From: an uncultured Desulfobacter sp.
GTDB taxonomy: Bacteria; Desulfobacterota; Desulfobacteria; Desulfobacterales; Desulfobacteraceae
Direction of reading: 5' to 3'
Length of the DNA stretch: 64,000 bases
NCBI GenBank assembly: GCA_963665095.1
Contig: OY762069.1
Coordinates: 6,528,001-6,592,000 of the forward strand
The number at the start of each line of letters is the position of its first letter. Positions within the stretch are counted from its first letter, which is position 1. Shown here one piece after another: positions 38,623 through 48,419 of the stretch. The notes beneath the pieces are model-generated. The model was not told where the DNA came from. It did no database searches and saw only the letters and a program-made list of their open reading frames with translations. The position numbers and the translations under genes were made by a program.

Positions 38623-39510
38623 ATGGTTCAGCAGGTGGATAAAATGGTTTGGAACAGATTTGCTGTTATCTGTGTTATCTTGCTGGTAGCCCTGGGCGCA
38701 GGGTGTGGTGGCGACGATAAAAAGAAAAGTGACAAAGACATCATTCCGGGCAACTGGGTCAATCACAAAAACCGGGCTTATATTCTTGTGGCCATGGATA
38801 TCAAGGGCACCTGGACCTCCTCAGTCAGGATTGCGGATGTGACGTCAAAAATTGTCAATTCCAGGGGAACGGCCAGCGGTACCTGGCACATGGAAGAAGG
38901 GCAGCTGATTCTTACGGTAATGGCATCTGACATTGAAGATATCTGGGCCAAAAACGATACCTGCTTTTACAAAGTGCTTGAAATCGAGCCCAACCGTATG
39001 CTGCTTGAAGATGAAAAAGGCCGGCAGGGGGAGTGGACAAAAGCCGTGCACGCTCAGAAAACCGGGGCTGCAGAAATTAATCCTGTTATTTCCATGGCGC
39101 CCTATGCCGTTAATCTGGAAAAACACTCTTCCAATACAGATGACCGATACCTGTGCATAAATATACACCTGGAGCTGATGGAACTGATGCCGGATCAGCC
39201 TGTACCCCAGTTTCACCCCAGGGCCAGGGATGCTGTTATCACGTATCTGAGTTCTTTAACTTATGATGATGTCTCTGATTATGAACGGGTCAAGATCCAG
39301 AAGGAAAAGCTTAAAGATGTGGTCAATCCTTATATGGACGGGTTGGTTAAAGAGCTTGTCATAGACCATGTGGTGATCGTCTCCACTGCGGCCCAGGTGG
39401 AAGCCTTTATCATTGAGCACACCGGAGCCAGTGATGAAAAACCCGCTGAAAATGAAGGGGAAGAGGGTGATCAGGAAGAGGGCAAAGAGGCAGACAAGGA
39501 TAAATCCTGA
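38623..39510 (+). CDS. Lipoprotein with C-terminal FliL-like domain
   Basis: Lipobox LGAGC; C-terminal VNL...RYL.I.I.LE...RARDAVITYLSS pattern typical of FliL; acidic tail. Confidence 0.65.
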   Translation: MVQQVDKMVWNRFAVICVILLVALGAGCGGDDKKKSDKDIIPGNWVNHKNRAYILVAMDIKGTWTSSVRIADVTSKIVNSRGTASGTWHMEEGQLILTVMASDIEDIWAKNDTCFYKVLEIEPNRMLLEDEKGRQGEWTKAVHAQKTGAAEINPVISMAPYAVNLEKHSSNTDDRYLCINIHLELMELMPDQPVPQFHPRARDAVITYLSSLTYDDVSDYERVKIQKEKLKDVVNPYMDGLVKELVIDHVVIVSTAAQVEAFIIEHTGASDEKPAENEGEEGDQEEGKEADKDKS

Positions 39511-39536
39511 CATACAACTGACATACAAAGTGATGA

Positions 39537-40172
39537 TTAGTCCATAGGACGGATTACCAGAACAGCGCCTGACTGAATAGCGACCCGGGCGCGGTTTTCC
39601 CTGAATACATTGCTGATGCCAAGAGAGGAACCCATAAAAAGTGTTTTATCAGTTAAGGGGTATTCCAGTCCTTCCAGGGTCAGACCGGTGACCCTGTCCG
39701 ATGCCGGGATGACCGACAGCAGGTCCCCGGGGTGGCCGTCAAGGTCCAGACTGCCGGTCACCAGATGGATGTCGTTTCTGTTATCTGAAATGGTGGCGGT
39801 CATGTTGTGTGCTTCAATTTTTCGTAAAAGGAAAATATTGGCAAGGGTATGGTCAAGACGGCTGCTGGTGGCGCCAAGGATATGAAGATCGGTACATCTG
39901 TGTGCGGCGGCGTATTCAATACACAGCTCCATATCTGTCTGGTCTTTTCGTGTTGGGTGCTTTAATATTTGCACCTGTTTGTTTTTGAATAACGAAAGGA
40001 TCTTTGGGGGAACGGAGTCCAGATCCCCGATAATAATGCCGGGTATAAGTTTCATCCGGTAAAGATGAACTGCCCCGCCGTCCGCAGCAATGACCATGTC
40101 CGCCTGGTGAATCAGGGATAAAATCCGGTCTGTCTGAACCAGATCCCCGTTTGCTATAATAACCATTTTCAT
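39537..40172 (-). CDS. thiN: Thiamine diphosphokinase
   Basis: AADGGA, IGDLDS, KDQTDMEL, RLDHTLAN, GLEYPL, GISN. Confidence 0.93.
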   Translation of the reverse strand: MKMVIIANGDLVQTDRILSLIHQADMVIAADGGAVHLYRMKLIPGIIIGDLDSVPPKILSLFKNKQVQILKHPTRKDQTDMELCIEYAAAHRCTDLHILGATSSRLDHTLANIFLLRKIEAHNMTATISDNRNDIHLVTGSLDLDGHPGDLLSVIPASDRVTGLTLEGLEYPLTDKTLFMGSSLGISNVFRENRARVAIQSGAVLVIRPMD

Positions 40173-40280
40173 AATCGGTTTTTTTACCAGAAACAGAAAA
40201 GAATGGAAACAGAACTATTTATAGGTCTGGCCTGTGATTTGTATTGACACCGGATAAACGAAAACATATTTTCCCATCCA

Positions 40281-41471
40281 ATGAAGGTTTTCAAACGCAT
40301 ACATACCTACCTGTTTTTTGAGCTTGTGCCCCCATTTGTCATCAGCGTCTTTTTTCTGACCTCGGTGTTTCTGATGACGCGGATTCCTAAAATTACCAGC
40401 ATGGTGGTCAACTTCAACACCAGTGTGCTGGATGTGGTTTTTCTGATCTCATGTACCCTGCCGCGGTTCATGGAGTTTACCATTCCCATGTCTGCCATGA
40501 TTTCCGTGCTCTTAACCACCATGCGCATGTCCGGAGAAAATGAGATCATAGCCCTTAAAGGGGCCGGGATGTCTTTGTATAAACTGCTGCCGCCGATACT
40601 TATCTTCAGTATAATTACCCTGATGATAACCATGTGGATGACGGTCTATGGAAATCCTGAAAGTAAAATTGCGCTAAGGAAGAAAACGGTGGAGCTGGCA
40701 CGATCCAGCATTAATGCCGCCCTGCAGGAGCGCCAGTTTAACACCGAGCTTGACAGGGTCATGATCTATATGGCCCATGTGGACATGAAAACCAAGGATA
40801 TGACAGACGTGTTTATTGAAGACCGCAGAACAGCAGGCATGGTATCCATATCCACAGCCCCGAAGGGCCGGATGGTCACCCTGGAAAATGACGATGTCTT
40901 CACCATCCGTCTCTATGACGGCATGATCAATCAGGTCAATGTCCGTGACCATTCCGTGACCAACATAAATTTCAAACATTATGATATTAATATTGACCTT
41001 GCCACCATGCAGAAAAGCGGAAGGGCGAAATTAGGGGGGGATCTGGATGAAATGGGTCCGCGTGAACTGATTCAACGCATCCGGTCAGGGTTTAAATCCA
41101 GGGAGATGGAAAATGAGGCACGCCTCATCCTCCATGAAAAGTTCTCCATTCCCTTTGCCTGCCTGTTTTTAGGGGTTCTGGCATTTCCCCTGGGCATTCA
41201 GTCCATGTCTCTGCGCAAATCTTCCGGATTCAGTATGGGGATCGGCTTTTTTCTGCTCTATTACCTGCTGCTGGCACTGGGCTGGTCCGGTGGAGAGGCC
41301 GGCCATTATCCGCCATTTATCGCCATGTGGCTGCCCAATGTGGTTATGGGCGGGGCCGGTATTTTTCTTCTGGTCAGAAATGCCAAAGAACGGCCTGTCC
41401 ATCTGCCTGTGTGGCTGCAGCGGTTGCCTTTGGCTGTAACAGATTGCCTTAAAAGAAGGGTAGGTTCGTGA
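40281..41471 (+). CDS. lptF: LPS export ABC permease LptF
   Basis: YjgP/YjgQ pattern: RMSGENEIIALKGAG, KFSIPFAC, WLPN. Confidence 0.88.
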   Translation: MKVFKRIHTYLFFELVPPFVISVFFLTSVFLMTRIPKITSMVVNFNTSVLDVVFLISCTLPRFMEFTIPMSAMISVLLTTMRMSGENEIIALKGAGMSLYKLLPPILIFSIITLMITMWMTVYGNPESKIALRKKTVELARSSINAALQERQFNTELDRVMIYMAHVDMKTKDMTDVFIEDRRTAGMVSISTAPKGRMVTLENDDVFTIRLYDGMINQVNVRDHSVTNINFKHYDINIDLATMQKSGRAKLGGDLDEMGPRELIQRIRSGFKSREMENEARLILHEKFSIPFACLFLGVLAFPLGIQSMSLRKSSGFSMGIGFFLLYYLLLALGWSGGEAGHYPPFIAMWLPNVVMGGAGIFLLVRNAKERPVHLPVWLQRLPLAVTDCLKRRVGS

Positions 41472-42547
41472 TCAAATGTCTGCATAAGTACTGGGGCAGG
41501 GAATTTATCCGGATGTTTTCCATTATCCAGGCTGTTGTGATGGTCCTTTTTATTTTTATCGACTATCTGTCCAATATGGATAAAATGCTGGAATACGAGG
41601 TCTCATTTTGCCGGGGGTTGTGGTATGTGCTGCTCAAGCTGCCCTATATGTTTGTCCAGCTCACCCCGGCCGGGCTGCTTTTAGCCGTTATCGCCGTATT
41701 TGGTATCATGAGCCGGAATGGTGAACTCACGGCCCTTAAGTCATCGGGTATATCGGTGTATTTTCTGGTGGTTCCGGCACTCCTGGCCGGCTGTGTGCTG
41801 GCCTTTGTCATGCTGCTGCTTGGTGAAACCCTGATCCCTGTTTCCATGGCCCGTTCCAATTACATCCGAAACCATGATATGACCAGGAGCAAAGGTATTG
41901 TCCGCAACCAGAGAGATATCTGGATCCGTTCGGAGAACACCCTGGTGCATATTGATTTTTTTGATCCTGAACAAAAGACAGTGGCCGGCACCACCTTAAC
42001 CACCATGGGAAAGGGATTCAAGATAAAGTCCCGCATTGATGCCGTTAAAGGCCACTATGAAAACGGGGTATGGCGCCTGGAGGATGTGACCGAACAGGTA
42101 TATGAGCCGGCACAGGAGGATTATCAGGTGTTTATTTTGCCCCATAAGGATGTGGCCATTGATATCGAGCCCGAGGACCTTGGCCGCATGACGCCGAAAA
42201 CTAATGAAATGAGCTATTTTCAATTAAAGGACTATGTAAAAAAGGTGACGGACGAAGGGTATGATGCCACCACCTATCGGGTGGATATGCATGGAAAGCT
42301 ATCGTTTCCCTTTATCTGCGTGATCATGGCACTGGTCGGGGCCGCCACCGGCATGCGCAATTTTGTCAAAACCAATCTGCCCGCAGGTATTGCCGTGGGA
42401 GTGGGTTTTTGTTTTCTGTACTGGTTTGTATTTGGATTTACCGCATCCCTTGGCTATGCCCGGATTCTACCGCCGGTGATGGCGGCCTGGGCCGGTAATG
42501 TGGTGTTTCTGTGTCTGGGATCCATTTATCTGATTCAGACCGAATAA
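41468..42547 (+). CDS. lptG: LPS export ABC permease LptG
   Basis: SRNGELTALKSSGIS, KLSFPF, LPPVMAAW; paired with lptF. Confidence 0.88.
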   Translation: MIKCLHKYWGREFIRMFSIIQAVVMVLFIFIDYLSNMDKMLEYEVSFCRGLWYVLLKLPYMFVQLTPAGLLLAVIAVFGIMSRNGELTALKSSGISVYFLVVPALLAGCVLAFVMLLLGETLIPVSMARSNYIRNHDMTRSKGIVRNQRDIWIRSENTLVHIDFFDPEQKTVAGTTLTTMGKGFKIKSRIDAVKGHYENGVWRLEDVTEQVYEPAQEDYQVFILPHKDVAIDIEPEDLGRMTPKTNEMSYFQLKDYVKKVTDEGYDATTYRVDMHGKLSFPFICVIMALVGAATGMRNFVKTNLPAGIAVGVGFCFLYWFVFGFTASLGYARILPPVMAAWAGNVVFLCLGSIYLIQTE

Positions 42548-42676
42548 CAGTACCGGTCTGGCCGGGTCTTAGTTCCCCGGATCAACCCGCAGCAGGAAAT
42601 GCTATGGATTTAATAAGTTATTGGGACTTTTAATTCAATTAAGGATAGACAATCCTGGTGTACATGGAGGTATTTT

Positions 42677-43828
42677 TTGTCTGAGTCCTGGCTGAACAGG
42701 CTTGAAAAGAGGGTGATGCAGGCCATGGAAAATCCTGACCCTCCGGCCCCCTTTTCATGTGAACAGTTTCTGGCCGGCTGTGCAAAGGGCTATGAAGCAG
42801 GGGTCAGACTGCGTTTTGCATTGTATGACACAGGTGTTCTCAAGCCCGTACGTCTGGGTATCCCGGTAATTTCCATTGGCAACCTGGCCGTGGGCGGCTC
42901 GGGTAAAACCCCCATGGCCGTCTATCTGTCCAGAATGCTGGTTGAAAAGGGGCTTAATCCCGTGGTGGTCTCCCGGGGCTACAGGGGATCTCTTGGAAAG
43001 GCGTGCTGCGTGGTTGGGGATGGCCGGGATGTGTATACAGATGCCAGTGTGAGCGGGGACGAGCCTTTTATGATGGCCATGGAAAAGGCATTTCCAGTGG
43101 TTGCCGGCAGAGATCGGGAAAAAGCCGGACAGCTGGCCATTGATACCTTTCATCCGGATGTAATTATTCTGGATGACGGGTTCCAGCGGCTTGCTCTGGC
43201 CCGGAGCCTCAACCTGGTGCTTATGGACTGTGATAATCCCCTTGGAAACCGGCGTCTGCTGCCGGCCGGCCGCCTGCGTGAGACCCTGTCCATGGCCCGG
43301 GACCGGATTGACGGCGTGGTGTTCACACGCTGTCCTCTGCCGGGAGCCCAACCATTTGCTAAAACCGGCCAGGTACAGGAAATTATAAATGAGCTGGGTG
43401 CTGTGCCTGTGTTTTATTGCCGGAATGAGCCCTTTATAGCCGGTTTTTTTCCGGGAGTAGACAAGGATAATACCGCTTTGGACCCTAGGGGGCTGAAAGG
43501 AAAAACAGCCCTGCTTTATTCCGGGCTTGCAAGAAATCTTTCATTTAGGCGAACCGTTCAGGATCTGGGTGTAAACATCGCCGGTCACCTTGAATTTCAG
43601 GACCATTACAGGTATAAGAAGGCCGATTTTTCTTTGATTCAGGCCCGGGCAAAGGCCCTGAACGCAGACCTTGTTCTGACAACCCAGAAAGACTGGGTAA
43701 AGGCGGAGCCTGCCGATTTTTCCGATGTGGATCTTGCCGTCATTGGTATACGGCCGGCATTTAACGAACCCGGGGCCTTTGAGCGGTTTGTTCTGGATAA
43801 AGCGTTTGATAAGGAATATCCATCCTGA
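42677..43828 (+). CDS. lpxK: Tetraacyldisaccharide 4'-kinase
   Basis: ISIGNLAVGGSGKTP, SRGY, GDEP, LDDGFQ, LPAGRLRE, TTQKD. Confidence 0.95.
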   Translation: MSESWLNRLEKRVMQAMENPDPPAPFSCEQFLAGCAKGYEAGVRLRFALYDTGVLKPVRLGIPVISIGNLAVGGSGKTPMAVYLSRMLVEKGLNPVVVSRGYRGSLGKACCVVGDGRDVYTDASVSGDEPFMMAMEKAFPVVAGRDREKAGQLAIDTFHPDVIILDDGFQRLALARSLNLVLMDCDNPLGNRRLLPAGRLRETLSMARDRIDGVVFTRCPLPGAQPFAKTGQVQEIINELGAVPVFYCRNEPFIAGFFPGVDKDNTALDPRGLKGKTALLYSGLARNLSFRRTVQDLGVNIAGHLEFQDHYRYKKADFSLIQARAKALNADLVLTTQKDWVKAEPADFSDVDLAVIGIRPAFNEPGAFERFVLDKAFDKEYPS

Positions 43829-44589
43829 TGCAGCTGTCGGTGACTATCATTACAAAGAACGAAGAGGCAAATATCAGGCGCTGTCTTGATTCTGTCAGGT
43901 TTGCCCATGAGATTGTGGTCCTTGATTCCGGATCCGGGGATGACACTGTCAGAATCTGTGAAGATTTCGGGTGTCGGGTATTCTCTGTGCCCTGGCAGGG
44001 CTTCGGACTGACCAAACAGGCCGCTGTGGATGCAGCCTCCTGTGACTGGGTGCTTTCTGTGGATGCGGATGAAGAACTGTCTTCCGACCTTCAGAACCGC
44101 CTTAAAACCATGGATGCCCCCAAAGCCGTTCACGGGTTTACCATACAGAGAAAAACCTTTTATCTCGGGCGTCCCATCCGGTTTTCCGGCTGGGGCAGCG
44201 ATGCGCCCCTGCGCCTTTTTAGAAAGAGCAAAGGCGGATTTACCCGGGATATCGTTCATGAAAAAGTTGTGGTTACAGGAAAAACTGGCATCATGAAGGA
44301 ATGCATGTATCATTACTCATATCCAACTGTAAGCTCCCATCTGAAAAAAATTGATCACTATACCACCCTTGGCGCGGAAAAACTGGCGGAAAAAGGGAAA
44401 AACGCCGGCCCGGTCACTGCCGTTTTTCGTGGCCTTTTCAAATCGTTTCAGATGTATATCCTGAAGCTGGGACTCCTTGACGGGAAAGAGGGGTTTACAC
44501 TGGCAATGATTTCAGGTTTCGGGGTTTATATTAAATACATCAAGCTGTGGGAATATCTGCGTGCAGGCAGCCCCGGAGGTACTGAATGA
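43828..44589 (+). CDS. GT2 glycosyltransferase (KdtX/WaaE-like LPS core)
   Basis: ITKNEE, DSGSGD, VDADE, VHE, GLLDGKEG. Confidence 0.88.
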   Translation: MQLSVTIITKNEEANIRRCLDSVRFAHEIVVLDSGSGDDTVRICEDFGCRVFSVPWQGFGLTKQAAVDAASCDWVLSVDADEELSSDLQNRLKTMDAPKAVHGFTIQRKTFYLGRPIRFSGWGSDAPLRLFRKSKGGFTRDIVHEKVVVTGKTGIMKECMYHYSYPTVSSHLKKIDHYTTLGAEKLAEKGKNAGPVTAVFRGLFKSFQMYILKLGLLDGKEGFTLAMISGFGVYIKYIKLWEYLRAGSPGGTE

Positions 44590-45623
44590 GGATATTGGTC
44601 GTCAAGCTCGGGGCGTTGGGCGATGTGATCAATACACTTCCCCTGGCCGCTGTACTGAAGCAGATGCCTGGCTGCACCATAGACTGGCTGGTGGAGCCTT
44701 TATCTATGCCCCTGGTGTCATCCCACAGGGCTGTTGACAGGGTTATCGTATTTCATCATACTGCGGCGTCGGCCTTTTCAGTCATCCGGACCATACGGAA
44801 AACCCGGTATGATCTGGTTCTTGATCTCCAGCGCATTTTAAAATCCGGGCTTTTTACCCTGCTGGCACGCACCAGCAGACGCATCGGCTTTGACCGGAAA
44901 CGATGCAAGGAGATGACATGGTTTCTGCCCTTTGACCGCATACGGCCAAAGAATCCCCGTGCCCACATGCTGGATCAGTACCTGGAATTTGCAAAACACC
45001 TGGGGCTTAAACCCGGTTTCCCTGTCTGGGATATTCCAAGAACAGGCAGCCTGCCGGTCCCCCTCCCCAATACCTATGTTGTTTTAAATATCGGGGCCAC
45101 AAAACCGGCAAATCTCTGGGATCCTGAGCGGTTTGCGGAGCTTGCCCAGAAAATATGGGAGGGTTTGGGATTTCCCTGCGTTATCACAGGCGGCCCTGCA
45201 GACACGTCAAGGGCTGCCCGGATACTTGCCTGCTACGCTTCTCATGTATCGAATCTCACCGGCCAGACCACACTGCCTGAGCTTGTGGAAGTCATTGGAC
45301 ATGCCCGGGCTGTCATCAGCTGTGATACAGGCCCCATGCACCTGGCATCTGCTTTGAATATCCCTCTGGTCGCCCTGTTCGGCCCGTCAGATCCCCGTCG
45401 TACCGGTCCTTACCGGGGAAGGGTGATCCGGGGAACCGCACCCTGTGTCCCCTGCAACAGGAAGCGCTGCAGCACCACAGAGTGCATGCGGTCCATCACC
45501 CCGGACATGGTGGTAAGTGAACTTGCAAAGGAGATAGCCGTAGAAAATGTCATCAGGACAGTTCAGGTCGGAAAAAAATTACCTGGAAAGGGTACTTGGC
45601 GGCCGGGAAAAAAGCCGGCTTAA
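44586..45623 (+). CDS. GT9 heptosyltransferase (WaaC-like)
   Basis: VKLGALGDV, DLQ, DTGPMHLA, LFGPSDP. Confidence 0.88.
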   Translation: MRILVVKLGALGDVINTLPLAAVLKQMPGCTIDWLVEPLSMPLVSSHRAVDRVIVFHHTAASAFSVIRTIRKTRYDLVLDLQRILKSGLFTLLARTSRRIGFDRKRCKEMTWFLPFDRIRPKNPRAHMLDQYLEFAKHLGLKPGFPVWDIPRTGSLPVPLPNTYVVLNIGATKPANLWDPERFAELAQKIWEGLGFPCVITGGPADTSRAARILACYASHVSNLTGQTTLPELVEVIGHARAVISCDTGPMHLASALNIPLVALFGPSDPRRTGPYRGRVIRGTAPCVPCNRKRCSTTECMRSITPDMVVSELAKEIAVENVIRTVQVGKKLPGKGTWRPGKKPA

Positions 45624-46367
45624 CAGTTCCGGCAGCCTGTGTTTGACAACGGCTCTGTTCCAGCGTTTCCTGTATTGTCTGAAAAGAAGTTCCGGCTGTA
45701 TGTTTTGGGGGCAGGCCTTGTCAAAATCAATGAGCCACACCCCTGTATCCCCTTCGTCTTCATGATTCTGCCCGTTCTCACTACCCTGCCTGATGAGTAC
45801 GTTTCCGGGGTGCAGATCGGCATGCACCATGCCATTTTGGATCAGAATCTCAATCTGGGCCATGACACGGGGCATGATCGCTTCGGCCTTTTCTGCATCC
45901 CGTAAAGAGAGGGCTGCAAGGGTCTCTGCCGATGGGACCAGTCTTGTCACAAGCCAGCATCGGTACCAGAAGTGTCCCTGCTCCACAAATCCAAGGGGCT
46001 CAGGTGCGTTTATCCCCATCTTCCTGGCAAGATTTAGCATGGTAAATTCCAATTGAGCCCGGCTTTCCCCGGAGATCCGGAAATACCTGTCCCGGACAAG
46101 AAAACGGAACAGGCCGCCCCGCCGGAATGGCTTTACCACCATTCGCTCTTCTCCCGGGATCTGGAAAATTTTCACTGAAGACCGTCCCCCAAGCGCCGGC
46201 CTGTCAGCCAGCTGACCGCTTTTATCCGTTCTTTTTTTCTTTACCAGGTTTAATAAAATCTGCCTGTAACCGTCCGCTCCTGACTGACCGGACCATCCGA
46301 TCCTGAACCCGGGATAGGCATCATCAGATATGATTTTAATTTCTTGACCTTTATTCATGGCGGCCAT
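45579..46367 (-). CDS. Kdo kinase-like LPS kinase (KdkA family)
   Basis: RRGG...DRY, RAQLEF, HADLHPGNVL, WLIDFDK. Confidence 0.8.
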   Translation of the reverse strand: MAAMNKGQEIKIISDDAYPGFRIGWSGQSGADGYRQILLNLVKKKRTDKSGQLADRPALGGRSSVKIFQIPGEERMVVKPFRRGGLFRFLVRDRYFRISGESRAQLEFTMLNLARKMGINAPEPLGFVEQGHFWYRCWLVTRLVPSAETLAALSLRDAEKAEAIMPRVMAQIEILIQNGMVHADLHPGNVLIRQGSENGQNHEDEGDTGVWLIDFDKACPQNIQPELLFRQYRKRWNRAVVKHRLPELLSRLFSRPPSTLSR

Positions 46368-47379
46368 CCCACATCGTTAGAACCTGCCTGCAGCCATCAA
46401 GCACCTTTTCCGGGTCAGTTCGCATACAGGCCTCAGTGCCATTGGGGCAGGCCCGGTGTCCATGGTCACCGCAGGGTCTGCAGTCAAGCCCCCTTTGTTC
46501 CACAATGATTGAAAAGGGGTTCTGCCAGGGTCCGAATCCGAATTCAGGCACTGTGGAGCAGAAAACGGCAACCGTGGGGCGTTTTGCAGCCGAAGCCATG
46601 TGCATGGCCATGCTGTCATTGGTTACAATTAGTTGTGACCGGCTCATAAGGAAAAAAGTTTCAGGCAGGGAGAGCCGGCCTGAAAAATCCACGGCACTGC
46701 CTTTGTCAGCAATTTCCCGGCATGTATCGGTTTCATCCGGTCCCCCAATCAGTAATACCCGTACCCCCATGGTGTCAAGCAGGGTGGAGAGACGGGCAAA
46801 CCCCTGCCAGTACCATTTTTTGGTTTCCCATGCACTGCCGGGTGCCAGGACAGCATAGGGTCCGGGCTTTGACGTCTCAGCCAAAACCGGGGATGACACC
46901 TTGGTTTTATCAGGGGCAAAAAGTGTCATTTCAGGACCTGCTGCATGGGGGTCTGAAAGGGTTTTTACCAGGGAGAGGTTTCTTAAGACCGCATGATGTC
47001 CCTTGCCCAGACGTTTTATTCGTTGGGAATAAAGAAACGACAAGCTGGCATCTGAAAATCCTATGCGTTTTGAAATTGCCGCAAGGAATAACACCAGAGA
47101 GGTCCTGTAAGACCTGTGCAGGGAATAGACCATGTCAAATTGCTTTTGCCTCAGTTCTGCCGCCTTTTTAAGGATGCCTGAAACGCCTTTTTCCCGACCC
47201 CGCTTGTCAAACACGATTATATCGGAAATATCAGGATCCGATGCCATGAGCGGTGCTGCAAGGGGAGTGGTCATCAAGGTCAGCAATGCATCGGGGTATT
47301 GTTCGCGGATGGCCCGTATTACCGGTGTTGAAAGAATCATGTCCCCGAGAAAACTGCATTGCACAATTAAGATTTTCAT
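46351..47379 (-). CDS. GT9 heptosyltransferase (WaaF-like)
   Basis: FLGDMILSTP, APGSAWETKKW, NDSMAMHMA, CRPC. Confidence 0.88.
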   Translation of the reverse strand: MKILIVQCSFLGDMILSTPVIRAIREQYPDALLTLMTTPLAAPLMASDPDISDIIVFDKRGREKGVSGILKKAAELRQKQFDMVYSLHRSYRTSLVLFLAAISKRIGFSDASLSFLYSQRIKRLGKGHHAVLRNLSLVKTLSDPHAAGPEMTLFAPDKTKVSSPVLAETSKPGPYAVLAPGSAWETKKWYWQGFARLSTLLDTMGVRVLLIGGPDETDTCREIADKGSAVDFSGRLSLPETFFLMSRSQLIVTNDSMAMHMASAAKRPTVAVFCSTVPEFGFGPWQNPFSIIVEQRGLDCRPCGDHGHRACPNGTEACMRTDPEKVLDGCRQVLTMWDGRHE

Positions 47380-48419
47380 TTTACAGAAGCCCTGTAAATG
47401 TCAAGGTACCGATCCTTGGTATGGTTGATATCAAACCGGGCCAGGGATGCCCTGCCTGCTTCAGCCAGTCGTCTGGCCAAGTCCCTGTCACTGTATAGCC
47501 TTAATATGGCGTTTTCAAGCTGTTCTTCATTTCCCGGTTCCACCAACAGGCCTGTCTTTTTATCCCTGATAAGGTCCGGGATACCGCCTGCCGTGGAACC
47601 AATGACAGGAAGACCGAAATAAAAGGCATCAAGGATGGAAGAGCCTAAACCCTCATCTAAAGAGGGCAAAAGAAACAGGTCAAAACTGGCGTAATAGTCT
47701 CCCACATTGGTTCTGAAGCCGGTAAACTCTATATTGGGACTGTTGGCGGCAAGGGTTTGGAACCATTCTTTGTCCGATCCGTCACCCACAAAGACAAAAT
47801 AAAGGTCGCTGACCTTTTTTGTGAGCTTCAACGCTGTGTTGATAATATGAACCTGCCCTTTGTCTTTGTTTTCCAGTGCCCCCACATGGCCAATAATAAA
47901 TTTTCCACAGTAGCGCTGCTTTAGATTTGCCGCCTGGTTATTGTCCACCTCCAGCCTTGAAAATGAGCTGGGTATCACCGTACAGTTGATATCCGGGGCA
48001 AGTGTGGCGATCACCGAGCGGACATTGCCTGAGATGGCCACTACTTGGGCTGCCGCATGGTAGACACATTGCGAGATCAGCCACTGCTTTGGCTTTTTGG
48101 CAACCCTTCGGGTGAGCACGTAGGGAATTGAAAACAAAAGGTGTGCAGCAAAGGCAAGATGTCCGGCTTTTGCTTCGTGGGCATGAATGAGATCAAATGT
48201 TCGAAGCTGCCATATATTCAGCAGAAACGGTTTGTCTATTTCAATGATGCGGATATCAGGTATCTCCTTCAACGCCTTTGCAAGGCCTGAATTTTTCCTG
48301 ACCATAACTGTCTGGTTGAGATAAGGGGTTAGAGACTGTACCAGAAGAAATGTCTGTCTTTCCCCGCCCCGAAACCCCTTTTGCAAATTGATATGGCAGA
48401 GGCGAATGGGGTTATTCAC
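47376..48419 (-). CDS. GT4 glycosyltransferase
   Basis: GGERQ, KGQ, PSLDEGLGSSILDA; GTG start inferred. Confidence 0.88.
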   Translation of the reverse strand: MNNPIRLCHINLQKGFRGGERQTFLLVQSLTPYLNQTVMVRKNSGLAKALKEIPDIRIIEIDKPFLLNIWQLRTFDLIHAHEAKAGHLAFAAHLLFSIPYVLTRRVAKKPKQWLISQCVYHAAAQVVAISGNVRSVIATLAPDINCTVIPSSFSRLEVDNNQAANLKQRYCGKFIIGHVGALENKDKGQVHIINTALKLTKKVSDLYFVFVGDGSDKEWFQTLAANSPNIEFTGFRTNVGDYYASFDLFLLPSLDEGLGSSILDAFYFGLPVIGSTAGGIPDLIRDKKTGLLVEPGNEEQLENAILRLYSDRDLARRLAEAGRASLARFDINHTKDRYLDIYRASVK

